The notes beneath the pieces were generated by a model. That model searched no databases. It was given only the letters and a program-made list of their open reading frames with translations, and was not told where the DNA came from. Positions 29,801-39,600 of a DNA stretch of 64,000 nucleotides are shown piece after piece. Each line of letters opens with the position of its first letter. Positions within the stretch are counted from its first letter, which is position 1. The position numbers were made by a program, and so were the translations under genes. Source of the stretch: a virus; IMG/VR virus record IMGVR_UViG_3300022744_000022, positions 17,933 to 81,932 of that record. One strand, 5' to 3'.

Positions 29801-31398
29801 CTTTCCCAGACTCCGCCCCAGCCTTCTTGGGTTCGGCTGCCGCAGTCTTGGATGTTGAAGGTCCTAACGACGCGGGAGATCCAAACCCTGCTTACACAGC
29901 TTTCCGTGGCGTCTCCATTCTCAACGTGATTAATGGTGCGATTGCCGATGAACGCAACATTGTGCGGTTGAAGGGCTGTGCAATTGACGGTCTTCTCGTT
30001 GAAGGCCCGTCTGTGGCCACGGGTGCTGGAACGTTTACAATGCCTGTGGTCAATGCTGTGGCGAGTAGCGTTCAGCACCTCGATATGTACCCTACTACGC
30101 AGTCCCTGCGGTTAGGGCCCTCCACAGCCCACGTGCAAGGCGGATTAACGTACTTCCGAGACGGCCTTTTTCGTAACCCGCGTTTCGGTAACGTGCCTTG
30201 GGCGTATTTGCGGGGCTACTTCGCAGTCTTTGACAACTTCAACATTCTGATCGAGTCCTCAGTGGATGTTGGGGGTGCGGTTGTTGACCTCTTCGGGTAC
30301 AGCAAGTTCAATAACGGTACGTTGTCTAACGCTTCTTCTCTGATTCCCTACGGTGTCAGTCTTGGTGGCTTTGGTGGCAATGAGTGCCTCAATAATCGCT
30401 TGACCTCAACTGTCACTGTGTCCACTTATTGGCCGGTGTTGGTTGCTGGCGCAGGGAGCACAGGCCGCAACCGGGTCAGCGGCAACTTCCTGGACAACAC
30501 CGGATCGCCTACCGGGCAGTACACAGACACGGGTTGGTCGGGAATCGTTGTCTTGGACTCAGATGACAATGTGATTACGGACAACCGTATTCACATGTTG
30601 GACAACGCCGATCCGTTGGCCGGACACATCGCAGTCATTGGCGGCAACCTAAACGTCGTCAACAGTAATGTGATCCACAACGAGCGTTTCCTTTCCGATT
30701 CAGATGGCTCGATAACCCCTCCGTTTTTCTCCCCCAACGTGATCTTTAGTATCACGGGACAATTCCCGAACAACGGTTTGGTGGGTAAGACTATCACAAT
30801 CACGGGGGCGGCCACTGCGGCAAACAACGGTACATTCCCGATCACATCACGAGCCACCTCGCAGGTCGTTTACACGAACGCAGCGGCTGTCGTGCCCGAC
30901 GCTAATAACGGGAGCATTACGTGGGCGCTTAATGACGGGTTCGCTCGCATTAAGTTTACAGCAGGTGGCGTGGATGCACGATACTGTGCCGCTACAGGCA
31001 ACACCTTACGTGCCTCTAACCGAGGTCAGGCGGGAGCGGAAATCGTTATAGACGAGGACGACTGCACGGCCACAGGGAACGTACTGCTCAATGGTTCTAC
31101 CGCTAGTGGTGCGGTGCTTTGGACTGACTTCAACGGTACAAGTGCCGATATCCTTGCCCCCTCGATCACTGGCTTCCTGTGTGAGCTAAGTGGTGCGTCG
31201 GGCTTCACCTCAGAAGATGTCGGGGCTACTGTTTATATCGAGAACTCTATCGGAAATAACAACGGCACTCACCTCATCATGGCAGTGCTCGATTCTACGA
31301 CCGTGCAGCTCTACAACGGTAACGCAGGGGTCTTCTCAGCAGACACCAACATGAGTTGGGTGCGTACTAAGGGTTCCGGTACCAACGTTACGAGGTAA
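26899..31398 (+). CDS. Tailspike / right-handed beta-helix receptor-binding protein (possible depolymerase)
   Basis: LTAHITDPVGAHAATAIS anchor, LFLRPGTY, many N/V/S/G-rich parallel beta-helix repeats (NRVSGN, DNVITDN, NVVNSN). Confidence 0.75.
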   Translation: MPSTRDPVAVVQPGPGRLPANTVPANALIFPPGGGSSAALTAHITDPVGAHAATAISTTAGPAWLDGNPNAAITAQARIDEIIADLIANQGSNRTGQPGFAGNTWNVAAGALSTALTELFESANARPAWVLDANPAAKGDFVGPNALISAVAAGFYLTERPTLFLRPGTYNWTDPSATALDAVTIIGGNNVTIQNLAGNMRCGILTRISNVQIQLSGNLVFGGAGFCELRNVNLLVGGEVQVNPSSVLNSFEHVYGNSPQFFKVEAPRTMIRDYSNCQVRLLPTATDCVVGTGSVVAAGLKYNNLPALSVESARNSIQSVALSGNLIAGMLANWVEISGDSNTVSQLSLLNVPAAAGGNNAIWVSGHNNTLDAVSLSTMSGYIFPLFQVGGGVSTASGNVVTNLKLDAVSGALDDIIRLDGTSNSIDGIEIATVTTPAANQHALLVVGTSNKATQVRCTAFTSFNGALVKMSGVNGVVEGVTASSMTTPAANFSAVDISGEGCTVRDVRVQGLTSLPSTSTLFNVGSLCEDCRLENVLISSSITPSGKYLVLAGEANVVKDFKVSSLDIMQVGFELIAMYGVNCQLSGVQIDSFSNNAGATAAFMTLNGQNMMVEGVFFSGLGTAASLTLPLVRLTANSSGTLRNVRADGGTSVLRTAEFLTIAPAVTVGQWSIEDCYADMTDNSSNAITMVGASAFFMAIKDSTFRARGDGAVGSSATVFMQDMGFVEFRNVYIEATEGHATAFPNCAVTLDKVAISGGNGAPNAGRQLFHGSGYAVTNMAGTTTSLPLVLRDVVFSVGTSNVNTLSLGDPTLFFGGQGSAALSNHGPIEATGLQVMSGGLSNWNRSSIVAVDLASVAAGTAPSAFQNVTINLGNLSWVASGTHTGASTGNITAYAFPNQTITGLTGMTASMVGRYLTVSGAATAGNNGQFLINSFTNATTVVVTNNSGSGSDANDGALAWSVAGSPFPDSAPAFLGSAAAVLDVEGPNDAGDPNPAYTAFRGVSILNVINGAIADERNIVRLKGCAIDGLLVEGPSVATGAGTFTMPVVNAVASSVQHLDMYPTTQSLRLGPSTAHVQGGLTYFRDGLFRNPRFGNVPWAYLRGYFAVFDNFNILIESSVDVGGAVVDLFGYSKFNNGTLSNASSLIPYGVSLGGFGGNECLNNRLTSTVTVSTYWPVLVAGAGSTGRNRVSGNFLDNTGSPTGQYTDTGWSGIVVLDSDDNVITDNRIHMLDNADPLAGHIAVIGGNLNVVNSNVIHNERFLSDSDGSITPPFFSPNVIFSITGQFPNNGLVGKTITITGAATAANNGTFPITSRATSQVVYTNAAAVVPDANNGSITWALNDGFARIKFTAGGVDARYCAATGNTLRASNRGQAGAEIVIDEDDCTATGNVLLNGSTASGAVLWTDFNGTSADILAPSITGFLCELSGASGFTSEDVGATVYIENSIGNNNGTHLIMAVLDSTTVQLYNGNAGVFSADTNMSWVRTKGSGTNVTR

Positions 31399-31403
31399 GC
31401 ACT

Positions 31404-31622
31404 GTGACCGTACGTAATCTAAAAGTGCAAATCAGTCTTGATGCCTCGGGTGTCCCGCAGTCAGCGGTCGCTTCGTACTTGGTTGTTGGCCCTTCAGAGA
31501 TCCAACAGAAGACGCTACCTATAGCTAACCCGGATTGGACGCTCCCTGCCAAGATCTTTTGGCAAAACGCAGCAACATCGGTAGCAGCAATCGAAGCGGT
31601 TCCTACTCAAGAAGAGGTTTGA
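31404..31622 (+). CDS. Small protein, possible fibre assembly chaperone
   Basis: GTG start with GAGG; directly after the tailspike gene. Confidence 0.55.
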   Translation: MTVRNLKVQISLDASGVPQSAVASYLVVGPSEIQQKTLPIANPDWTLPAKIFWQNAATSVAAIEAVPTQEEV

Positions 31623-31624
31623 TC

Positions 31625-31825
31625 ATGGGGCAACTTCACTACAAAGAGGTGCTGCTTCAGGGTGCGCCCCATGTTTTGGTCACCGCCACCTTGGTGTACA
31701 CGTCAACACCTCAGCCAGAAGCTTCTGCTAAACTAGTGATCTCCCATCCGGGGGAAGATCAAAGCGTTGCCGCTCTCTGTGCCGCCTTGGTGTCTCAAGC
31801 TAAGGCAAAAGAGGGCAGCGAGTAA
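31625..31825 (+). CDS. Small protein, possible fibre assembly chaperone
   Basis: ATG 31625 with GAGG upstream (shorter than the track ORF 31535); weak resemblance to the preceding small ORF. Confidence 0.55.
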   Translation: MGQLHYKEVLLQGAPHVLVTATLVYTSTPQPEASAKLVISHPGEDQSVAALCAALVSQAKAKEGSE

Positions 31826-31827
31826 CT

Positions 31828-32445
31828 ATGTCCACCCACTACCTCATCGATCCTTTCACGACCAATGGAGACATCATCGATGTCTCCACCTCCTTGTTGG
31901 GCCAAGTTGACGCCACAGGTGCCACGGTCATCCGGGTTCCCGATGGGGTCGCGATCAACAACTCGCCCTCAAACCTTGCGGCGTTGCTGACCGAGAAGTA
32001 TGACAGCCTCTTGGCGAGCTACGCAGGGTTCACCGAGATCGTGGCTGACGCTTGTATGGACCAACTCACGGTGGACCTAGCGTTCAGTGAGAAGATCCAG
32101 GCGGGTGCGGGGTTCGTCCATCACGGGGTGCAGCCCTCAGGGGCCTTGGTGTCCACGCTCGTGCCGCTGGCCTTTGCCCCAACTCAATGCGTGCTGGTCT
32201 GGGAAGAGTTCTCGTTCACGGACCAGGACGACAAGACGGGACGAATGCAGCGGACCTTCGTTGAGGAGTCCGGGAACAACTGCTCTTGTGTCGTGAGCTT
32301 CGACGGGGGCGGGACGTTCAACTTTGCAGGCAATGGGCAGGTGCTAAACATCCCGGTGCCGAACCAAGGTAGCTCGTTCGCAATCGGCCTCACAAACCTC
32401 TCTGGATCCAGGATCCGCATTGGGTCCTGGGCACTGATCTACTGA
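31828..32445 (+). CDS. Hypothetical virion protein
   Basis: 205-aa ORF in structural operon; VVSFDGGGTF beta motif. Confidence 0.6.
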   Translation: MSTHYLIDPFTTNGDIIDVSTSLLGQVDATGATVIRVPDGVAINNSPSNLAALLTEKYDSLLASYAGFTEIVADACMDQLTVDLAFSEKIQAGAGFVHHGVQPSGALVSTLVPLAFAPTQCVLVWEEFSFTDQDDKTGRMQRTFVEESGNNCSCVVSFDGGGTFNFAGNGQVLNIPVPNQGSSFAIGLTNLSGSRIRIGSWALIY

Positions 32446-32502
32446 GCAAGTTTTTATAGACTCTCTGCGGGTACTGCAACATTGCTTGGGAGGGTCTGTG
32501 AA

Positions 32503-32973
32503 TTGAACACGCACGGTCGGCATCTTCTCGTTGAGTACCTGGGTTGCGACCCCGAGGCGCTCAATAACGTGGACCAGATTCAAGCGTTGATGGAAATGGC
32601 AGCGATAGCGGCCAAGACCAACATCGTTTTCTCGAAGTTCAAACCCTTCGTCCCGCAAGGCGTCTCAGGGGTTGTGGTGGTCGAGGAATCGCATCTGTCC
32701 ATCCATACCTGGCCTGAGTGTGGCTACGCCGCTGTGGACTTCTACACGTGTGGTGAAGGGGATCCGAACGAAGCCCATGAGGTGCTTCGGGGTGGCCTTC
32801 AAGCTGCAAGCTTCGAGATGCTCTACGTTGAACGCGGTCGTGGTATCGAGGGTCATGGCCCCTGCATGAATCTCCAGAGCCACACCCGGGATACGTTGCC
32901 CCCGCCTACCGTGTCGGTTGAGATGACTGTCGAGTACCCGCTCGGACCGCAGAACGCTCGGGCTGACGCCTAA
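32503..32973 (+). CDS. speD: S-adenosylmethionine decarboxylase proenzyme (host-like)
   Basis: GRHLL...PQGVSGVVVVEESHLSIHTWPE.GYAAVDFYTCG with E|SH self-cleavage site; TTG start at 32503 with GGGAGG SD. Confidence 0.9.
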   Translation: MNTHGRHLLVEYLGCDPEALNNVDQIQALMEMAAIAAKTNIVFSKFKPFVPQGVSGVVVVEESHLSIHTWPECGYAAVDFYTCGEGDPNEAHEVLRGGLQAASFEMLYVERGRGIEGHGPCMNLQSHTRDTLPPPTVSVEMTVEYPLGPQNARADA

Positions 32974-32976
32974 CGT

Positions 32977-35328
32977 TCACGGGTTCACCGCAATCGCGTG
33001 GATTGAGGTGCCCACCCAGTACAGGCACTCGTTCACAACCTGCATGGAGTTGAACGAGTAGGAACCCGAGCCAGTGAAGGTGTAGAGCGGAGTCACAGTG
33101 CCGCCGTTGACTGAGACCTTACGGACCTGCTTAGCGTTAGCATCCGCGAAGTAAACCGAGGTACCGTCGGTCGCGGTGGTGCTTGAGAACCCGTTGCCTG
33201 TCCCCACGAGCTTCTGCGCAGAACCGCCTGCCAAGGGCTTCTTCCACACGCCGCTGTTGGCAGGCTCGATCCCAACGTAGAGGATGTAGTAGAGGTTGGT
33301 GCCATCCGTGGAGAGCGCTGTCATGGTGGTGGCAGCCGTGGGGAAGCTTGCCGAGACATAGCTCTCAAACACCGTGGGGGTTCCGCCGTGGATCGGAACC
33401 CTAACGATGGGCTTTTGATTGACAGCGCCGTAGTTGATGTAGGTGGCGTAAAGGTACTGGCCATCCGTGACGAACGGTGCTCCGTACGTGTAAGAACCAC
33501 CGAGCACGATGTCCGTAGTGGTGGTTGCCCGCCCCCAGTACGAGATGGTCGCGTTATCTTGGCGGCGAAAGAAGATGTCGGTTGCCGTGACGAGTAAGGC
33601 CCGGCCGTTGGCATTTCCGTAGGTGGTCAGGGTCCCGCCGCCGATGGGCTTCGAGAAAACCCCGGGGAATGCTGGGATTTGAGCGTCACCGTCCGTGGTC
33701 CAGAACACATTGGAGCCCTGCACCGCGACACCACCGATGAACCCGGGCTGATTGGTGGCCAGCGAGATGGTTGCACCGCCTGTGCGGGGCTGTTGATTCA
33801 GATTTCCGCCTTGGCTCCAGTAGATATTGTTGGCATCCACCGCGTAGTTGTTGGCCAGGATCCCCGAGTCGTAGACTCCACAAGTGCCTGACCCGCAGGC
33901 ACCGCCGCAGCAACTGTGGCCGCACTGACCGCAGTTCGCTGAGTCCGAGGTGAGGTCAACCTCACAGCCGTTGGCCGGGTTGTTGTCGCAGTCATCGTGG
34001 TCAAGCTGACAGTCAAACGTGCAGGCACCTGCTTGGCAGTACGAGTCAGCACCCTGCACTGAGGGGCAGCCTTGAGCCGCTTGCCACTGACCGTTGCTTC
34101 CGCAGGTCTGGATCTGTTGCCCCGAGCACTGCTGAGTCCCGGGTTCGCAAACTCCCGTGCAAGCGCCCGCACTACACACGTACTGACAAGCCGAACCCGA
34201 GACCCACTGACCCGAACCATTGCAAGTTCGGGGGGTGTCCCCTTGGCAGCTCGTAGAATTCGGCGTGCAGCTTCCCGAGCAAACCCCTTCGCCACCGCAC
34301 ACGAAGCTACAAGCCGTCTCCGAGACCCACTGGCCCTGGGCATTGCAGCTCCGAGGCGTGAGCCCCTGGCAGTCCCGGTCCCCAGGGGTGCAGACACCTG
34401 AGCAGGTTCCGGCCCCGCATACGTACTGACAAGCCGAACCCGAGGTCCAGCTACCGCTGGAGTCGCAAGTCTGAGGAACCAGACCCGAGCACTGCTTGGC
34501 ACTGGGGCTACACGACCCCGAGCACACCCCCTCTCCGCCGCAAACGTAAGGGCAAGCCGTTTCCGTGACCCACTGAGCGGTCGCGTCACAGTGGCGAGGC
34601 ACCAAGCCCGAGCAATCCCGGTCACCAGGGGTACAGACACCCGAGCACACGCCTTCACCGCCGCAGTACAGCGAGCAGGCGGTTTCCTGTACCCACTGAC
34701 CCGAGCTATCGCAGCTACGGGGGGTCAAGCCTTGGCAGTCCCGGTCGCCCGGTACGCATGCGCCCGTGCAGTCACCGGCACTGCAAACGAACGAGCAAGC
34801 GAGCCCTTGGACCCACTGGCCATTTGAGTTGCAGCTTCTCGGGTTAAGCCCCTGGCAATCCTTGTCTCCTGGATCGCAGACGCCCACGCATGCACCGGCT
34901 TGGCACACGTGGTCGCACACTTCCTGAGCTTCCCACTGCCCTGACACACAGGCGAACCTTTGAAGGCCCTCACACTTAGTACCGGGGCCTGAACCGGGGC
35001 ACTCCGGGATCGTGGCATCCGATCCTGAGTCCGTGCCCGAGTCTACGGGGACGGTAGCATCGACCATCGCGGCGTCTTGACTACCCGCGTCCGTGATGCT
35101 GCCTGCGTCCACGCTGGCGGTCATGGCGTCCGCTTGGCTGCCGTCCTGGGGCGCTGCGTCCGAGACCGGCAGGCTGCCATCCTGAGGGCTCATCCCGTCC
35201 ACGACGATTGAGTTACCGCCGTCCGTGAAGACACCCGGCATCGAATCCGTGCGGTCCACGATAGGGCTTCTATCCATCGAACACGCGGCCAAAAGCACGG
35301 CGAACACAACAACGAATTGCTTTTCCAT
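32977..35328 (-). CDS. Myxobacterial-type Cys-rich lipoprotein with C-terminal beta-propeller
   Basis: Lipobox VLLAAC16; DAG/DSG low-complexity linker; 8 six-Cys repeats; DCDNNPANGCEVDLTSDSANCGQCGHSC unit; AVDANNIYW/ATDGTSVYF propeller blades. Confidence 0.8.
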   Translation of the reverse strand: MEKQFVVVFAVLLAACSMDRSPIVDRTDSMPGVFTDGGNSIVVDGMSPQDGSLPVSDAAPQDGSQADAMTASVDAGSITDAGSQDAAMVDATVPVDSGTDSGSDATIPECPGSGPGTKCEGLQRFACVSGQWEAQEVCDHVCQAGACVGVCDPGDKDCQGLNPRSCNSNGQWVQGLACSFVCSAGDCTGACVPGDRDCQGLTPRSCDSSGQWVQETACSLYCGGEGVCSGVCTPGDRDCSGLVPRHCDATAQWVTETACPYVCGGEGVCSGSCSPSAKQCSGLVPQTCDSSGSWTSGSACQYVCGAGTCSGVCTPGDRDCQGLTPRSCNAQGQWVSETACSFVCGGEGVCSGSCTPNSTSCQGDTPRTCNGSGQWVSGSACQYVCSAGACTGVCEPGTQQCSGQQIQTCGSNGQWQAAQGCPSVQGADSYCQAGACTFDCQLDHDDCDNNPANGCEVDLTSDSANCGQCGHSCCGGACGSGTCGVYDSGILANNYAVDANNIYWSQGGNLNQQPRTGGATISLATNQPGFIGGVAVQGSNVFWTTDGDAQIPAFPGVFSKPIGGGTLTTYGNANGRALLVTATDIFFRRQDNATISYWGRATTTTDIVLGGSYTYGAPFVTDGQYLYATYINYGAVNQKPIVRVPIHGGTPTVFESYVSASFPTAATTMTALSTDGTNLYYILYVGIEPANSGVWKKPLAGGSAQKLVGTGNGFSSTTATDGTSVYFADANAKQVRKVSVNGGTVTPLYTFTGSGSYSFNSMQVVNECLYWVGTSIHAIAVNP
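34012..35001 (-). repeat. Eight tandem ~120-123 bp coding repeats (40-41 aa, 6 Cys each)
   Basis: Consensus C.PG.R.CQG..P..C...GQW.....C...C....C.G. Confidence 0.9.
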
Positions 35329-35452
35329 GCAGGTACTACAAGTGGACGGCAGAAAACTCTAGTCGTCAAGCCGGTGTAACAGTGCTTTTTGGCGGTGGTG
35401 TAGGTGCGGGGTGGGGCCCGCTAAAGGCTTTGTACACTTCCCTTAGCAAGGG

Positions 35453-35722
35453 ATGCCGAAAGCCGAAACTACCGGGGGACTCTTGAAGGGTTTTCGCTTG
35501 TCAGCGGGACTCACTCAAAAGGAGCTTGCCCTCAAGCTGGGGGTCAAGGCCGCCCACCTGTCCGAAGTCGAGAGTGGCCTGCGTAGGGTCAGTGTAGGGA
35601 GGGCGGTGCGCTGGGCTCAACTACTTGAGAGACCTGAACTGGAGTTCGTTCGCCTAGCTCTCCAGGAAGAACTGGACGCTGTTGGGGTCAGGATGACGGT
35701 GGAGGTCAAGGATGGGCGCTGA
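35453..35722 (+). CDS. XRE-family helix-turn-helix regulator
   Basis: LKGFRLSAGLTQKELALKLGVKAAHLSEVESGLR. Confidence 0.85.
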   Translation: MPKAETTGGLLKGFRLSAGLTQKELALKLGVKAAHLSEVESGLRRVSVGRAVRWAQLLERPELEFVRLALQEELDAVGVRMTVEVKDGR

Positions 35723-36599
35723 TGGTGCGGGGCTGCCTAAAGGCTTCGTGTACAAGATTCAGAATACATTGAACGGTAAAGTCTATATAGGCCAAACGAC
35801 CCGAGGCATAGACGACCGTTGGCGGGAACATGTACGGAACAGCTACCGGGGTAAGTCTTCCCCACTTTGTGACGCTATTCGCGAATTCGGCCCGGCAACT
35901 TTTACGGTCCAAGAGTTGCCTCACACCAAGTCATTGCGCAGCGGAGAGTACGAGTGGATTAGGTACTATAACAGTATGGATCCACGTTTTGGTTACAATG
36001 TTGCAGGCAGCGGATCAGAGCACTCCGAAGAGCGCCGACGGAAGATGTCCGTAGCCATGAAAAGAGTCTGGGCTGACCCTGAAACGCGAAACAAAATTAC
36101 CAAGGCTATTCGTGGTGCGAACACCTCTGATGCAGTAAAAAAGAGGCGAACTAGGGGGCAACTTGTTCGGATGTCGCAGCAAGCTGAGAGATCAAAAATC
36201 GCTCTGTCTGTGACCGAATCATGGGCTGATCCTTTGACGGCACAACGTCACCGTTTGGCCATCGAAAAAATTAAGCCAGATCAATCCGATCGGATGCGGC
36301 AACGGATGTCAGATCCCGTTACGAAGGCTCAACTCGTGGCCGCCAGTAAACTGGCTTTAGCACACGCAGATGTGAAGGTTCGGCAGTCGGAACGGATGCG
36401 TCGTCGCATGGCAGATCCGAAGGTGAAGTTAGAACACGCCGCAAAGATGAAACTCGCTTGGGTAGACCCGGAGTCTCGATCCAAAAGGATTGCGGCTATG
36501 AAAGACGCACAGTCTGATCCAGCGCTGCGGGCACGTAAATCAGAGGCCATGAAGCGCACTTGGGCCAAGAAGAACGCTAAGTCGAGAAACTCCCTATAA
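35712..36599 (+). CDS. GIY-YIG homing endonuclease with ~17-aa helical repeat C-terminus
   Basis: GFVYKIQNTLNGKVYIGQT...RW.EH...GYN; repeats W/M.DP..R. Confidence 0.85.
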   Translation: MGADGAGLPKGFVYKIQNTLNGKVYIGQTTRGIDDRWREHVRNSYRGKSSPLCDAIREFGPATFTVQELPHTKSLRSGEYEWIRYYNSMDPRFGYNVAGSGSEHSEERRRKMSVAMKRVWADPETRNKITKAIRGANTSDAVKKRRTRGQLVRMSQQAERSKIALSVTESWADPLTAQRHRLAIEKIKPDQSDRMRQRMSDPVTKAQLVAASKLALAHADVKVRQSERMRRRMADPKVKLEHAAKMKLAWVDPESRSKRIAAMKDAQSDPALRARKSEAMKRTWAKKNAKSRNSL

Positions 36600-36657
36600 G
36601 CCCGCCCATTTGAACGGGGCCGTAGCCCCCTCGAAATCGGATCAGAGGGCAATAGCG

Positions 36658-39600
36658 ATGACTTCAAACTTCGGGCCGGGCGTGTCGCGTGTTTTGGAAG
36701 CTGCGGGCACGCAGTACACAACGGCGATTTGGCAGCAGGGTAAGCCGCCGACGGATTCTGCGCTGAATTTGATGCAGCAGTTGGCGACTGGCGCTGTGCA
36801 GTCCGCCGTGCTCCGGGGGATGCCGAGCGGGTTCTTGGGTAACGAGTCCAACCCACAGGCGTCTTTTTTAACTGATAGCCGCTGGTCGAATTTCTTCCAG
36901 TTCGGGCCTCAGCGTACCGGCGAGCAACAGGCCATCATGTGGGCCAACGTAGCAGGTTTCCTTATACCCGTGACGGGCACTCGAACCGGAACCCCGCCTG
37001 GAAGCCCCGACAACGTTCGGACCACGAACATCATCGCGCTGGATCCTCCGCCCGCGAACTCAGGTGACTTCCGAATCGACTTTGCCTTCCTGGAAGTCTG
37101 GCAAGCTCGTGTTCAACCCAACCCCTCGACCACGAACAAGCCCGCAGCGAGTGCCATCTACAAATACGGCAACGTAGAAGGTGGCGCGAGCTTCTTGGCT
37201 GACGATTTGATCGATCCGAGTCTTGGATTCGAGACTGAGCAGCGCGTCCAGCTCCAGTACCGAATCCGTGTCGTGAAGGGCCTCGTGGGGCTCACCTCGA
37301 ACCCCGATGGCTTCGACCCAGTGGTGGTCAAGGCGCAGGGTGCTGCCGCTGCTCCGACCGCCTACACGTTCACGAACATGCGTCAGGCTTTGGGCGACCC
37401 GGGCTTGTGGCGTGCCGGTGATGGGACTCAGAATGCCCTTGGGACCGTGGACGGCTACACGTACGCGATTCCGATCTCGGCCATCTTCCGCCGCAACTCG
37501 GTGGTGTGGGGTGGTAACCCCAGTCAGAACCTCAACGGTGGTTTCAACCGTAACCCCACGGCAGTGGATCGCCTTGGGATCAAGACGTTTTCTACGGTTC
37601 CTACGCTGGCCGCCGATCTCTCGGCTGCTGCCACGTCGGCAACCCTAGTATCGGCCACCAACTTGCCGATGCCCTTGACTCCCGCGACTCCCGTCACGAT
37701 TCAAATCGGTGACGAGATCATGACCTATAGTTCGATCACGGGCACTACCGTGAACGGCTTGGTCCGGGGTCAAAATGGCACGCTCGCAGAGGCGCACAAA
37801 TCGGGCCTCACCATCAAGGTTTTGTCGGGTCGTCCTGATGGCCTGTACTCGGATCAGATTGCGAACTCCGACATCCTTGACCTGCGGCACCTAGTTAATC
37901 CGAACGGGATGGACTTCGACGCGCTGCTCAAGTCGAACCTAGACAAGCTTCTGCGTGGGCAACTTCGCGCCAACTGGAAGCGTTCCGGCGGCGGCCCCCA
38001 GGGCAGCTTCGTCCACTACCAGGATGCCATCCAGTCCGCTGCGGTTTCCTTGGGTGTCACGCAGCTCGATGCTCCCGACAACATTCGCATGGTGTTCTCG
38101 GATGCCGCTACGATTCAGCCCGTAGAGTTGGTGGCTCAACCCTTCGGCAGCCCCTACGCCGGTCCTGGTCAAGCCATCAACGCCACTTGGTCCTTGAGTC
38201 TTACGGTCAACACAACTCTTCAAACCGTGGGACAACAGTTCACGGCTGGGGACACGATCGTAATCCCTGTGAACCAGCTCAAGAACGGGCTGCAAGCCGG
38301 TGCCACGGATCAGGTTCGTTGGCTCAACGACGGTGTGGTGGGTGCCATCCAGTTGCGCCTGGAAGGCGAGACGGGCGATCTTCCTTCAAGCATGTACACG
38401 GTAACTCCAGCGGTCCCGGGGCCCAATGAGGATCTCACGATTACGTTGGGTGGCACCTTCCCAGCGCAGCTTTCAACAACAGCCTCTCCGCGTTTGCTGC
38501 ACATCCGAGCCCACATCGTCTACGGTGCAGGTCGGGGCCTTTCGCGTCGGCCGGACTCGCTGCATTCGATCAGTTACCTGAATCCTTCGGCGGATCTGTT
38601 GGTTCAGCAGGCTGGTGTCCCCTTGAGCAATAAGGGTTCGAGAGTCTCGTGGGCTCCTTTGTGGAGCAAGTACCGCAGCAGCGTCTTCAACAACGCTCTG
38701 CCGTCTACCGCTGAGATGTACGCGGATCTCGGAAGCAAGACCGTGATCGCCACGCCTTTCCGGCGGGTCAACTTCACGCAGGGCTTGCTCACGATCGACG
38801 GTGACGCAGCTAACCCTCACCCCGACGCGATCGTTGGTGCCCCGACTTCGGGTACAATCGCTGCCGTAAATTCCCCGACGATCAACGTAGCTTCCACGCT
38901 CAACACTGCCGTTGGAAACGCCCTGGTGATCGCCAGCGGTCCGGGAACTGGGCGCTACACCATCACAGGTCTTGTCGCTAACACCTCCATCACGGTGGAT
39001 CGCCCGATTCGGGCTAACGCTGTGGCGGTCACCTTCACCATCCATACGGCACAAGGCTGCATGCCCGCGTTCACCAAGACGGGTGCCGCTAAGTGGGGCA
39101 CTACAGATCCGTTAGGCATGTTCTGCGGTCAAGGTGCCGGTGGCCCCGCGTACAACAGCATCTACGTAACTCTGCCGAGACACTTGGTGCCTGGTTGGGG
39201 CGAGCTTCACGTCCCTCTGCTCCACACGGATACGGCAGCTTTCGCCCAAGGCCTCAACTACATTACGAACAGTGGGACAGGTTCAAGCTTTTCAGACTCA
39301 GACAAGAATTTCGTAAACTACAACCCAAATACGGGTTACACGTATGCAGGGTTCTCAACTCTGAATCTGAACACCTCCCTTCCCTCCGTTTACAACAACG
39401 CCTTCAACTATGTGGGCAACAATTACGCGGGGATGCGCTTCTTCACGGATACCCGGGGACTTGGCCGTCAAGGTCTGGAGTTGCCTCCTTTCTATGGTGT
39501 TGCTCGTTTGTTCGCTGTCTATGAAGTGGCGGACTACCTTGGGGCAGGCGGGTCTGGGTTTGATCCCACAACCCGCATCCCGACTGGCGGTGGGGCAACG

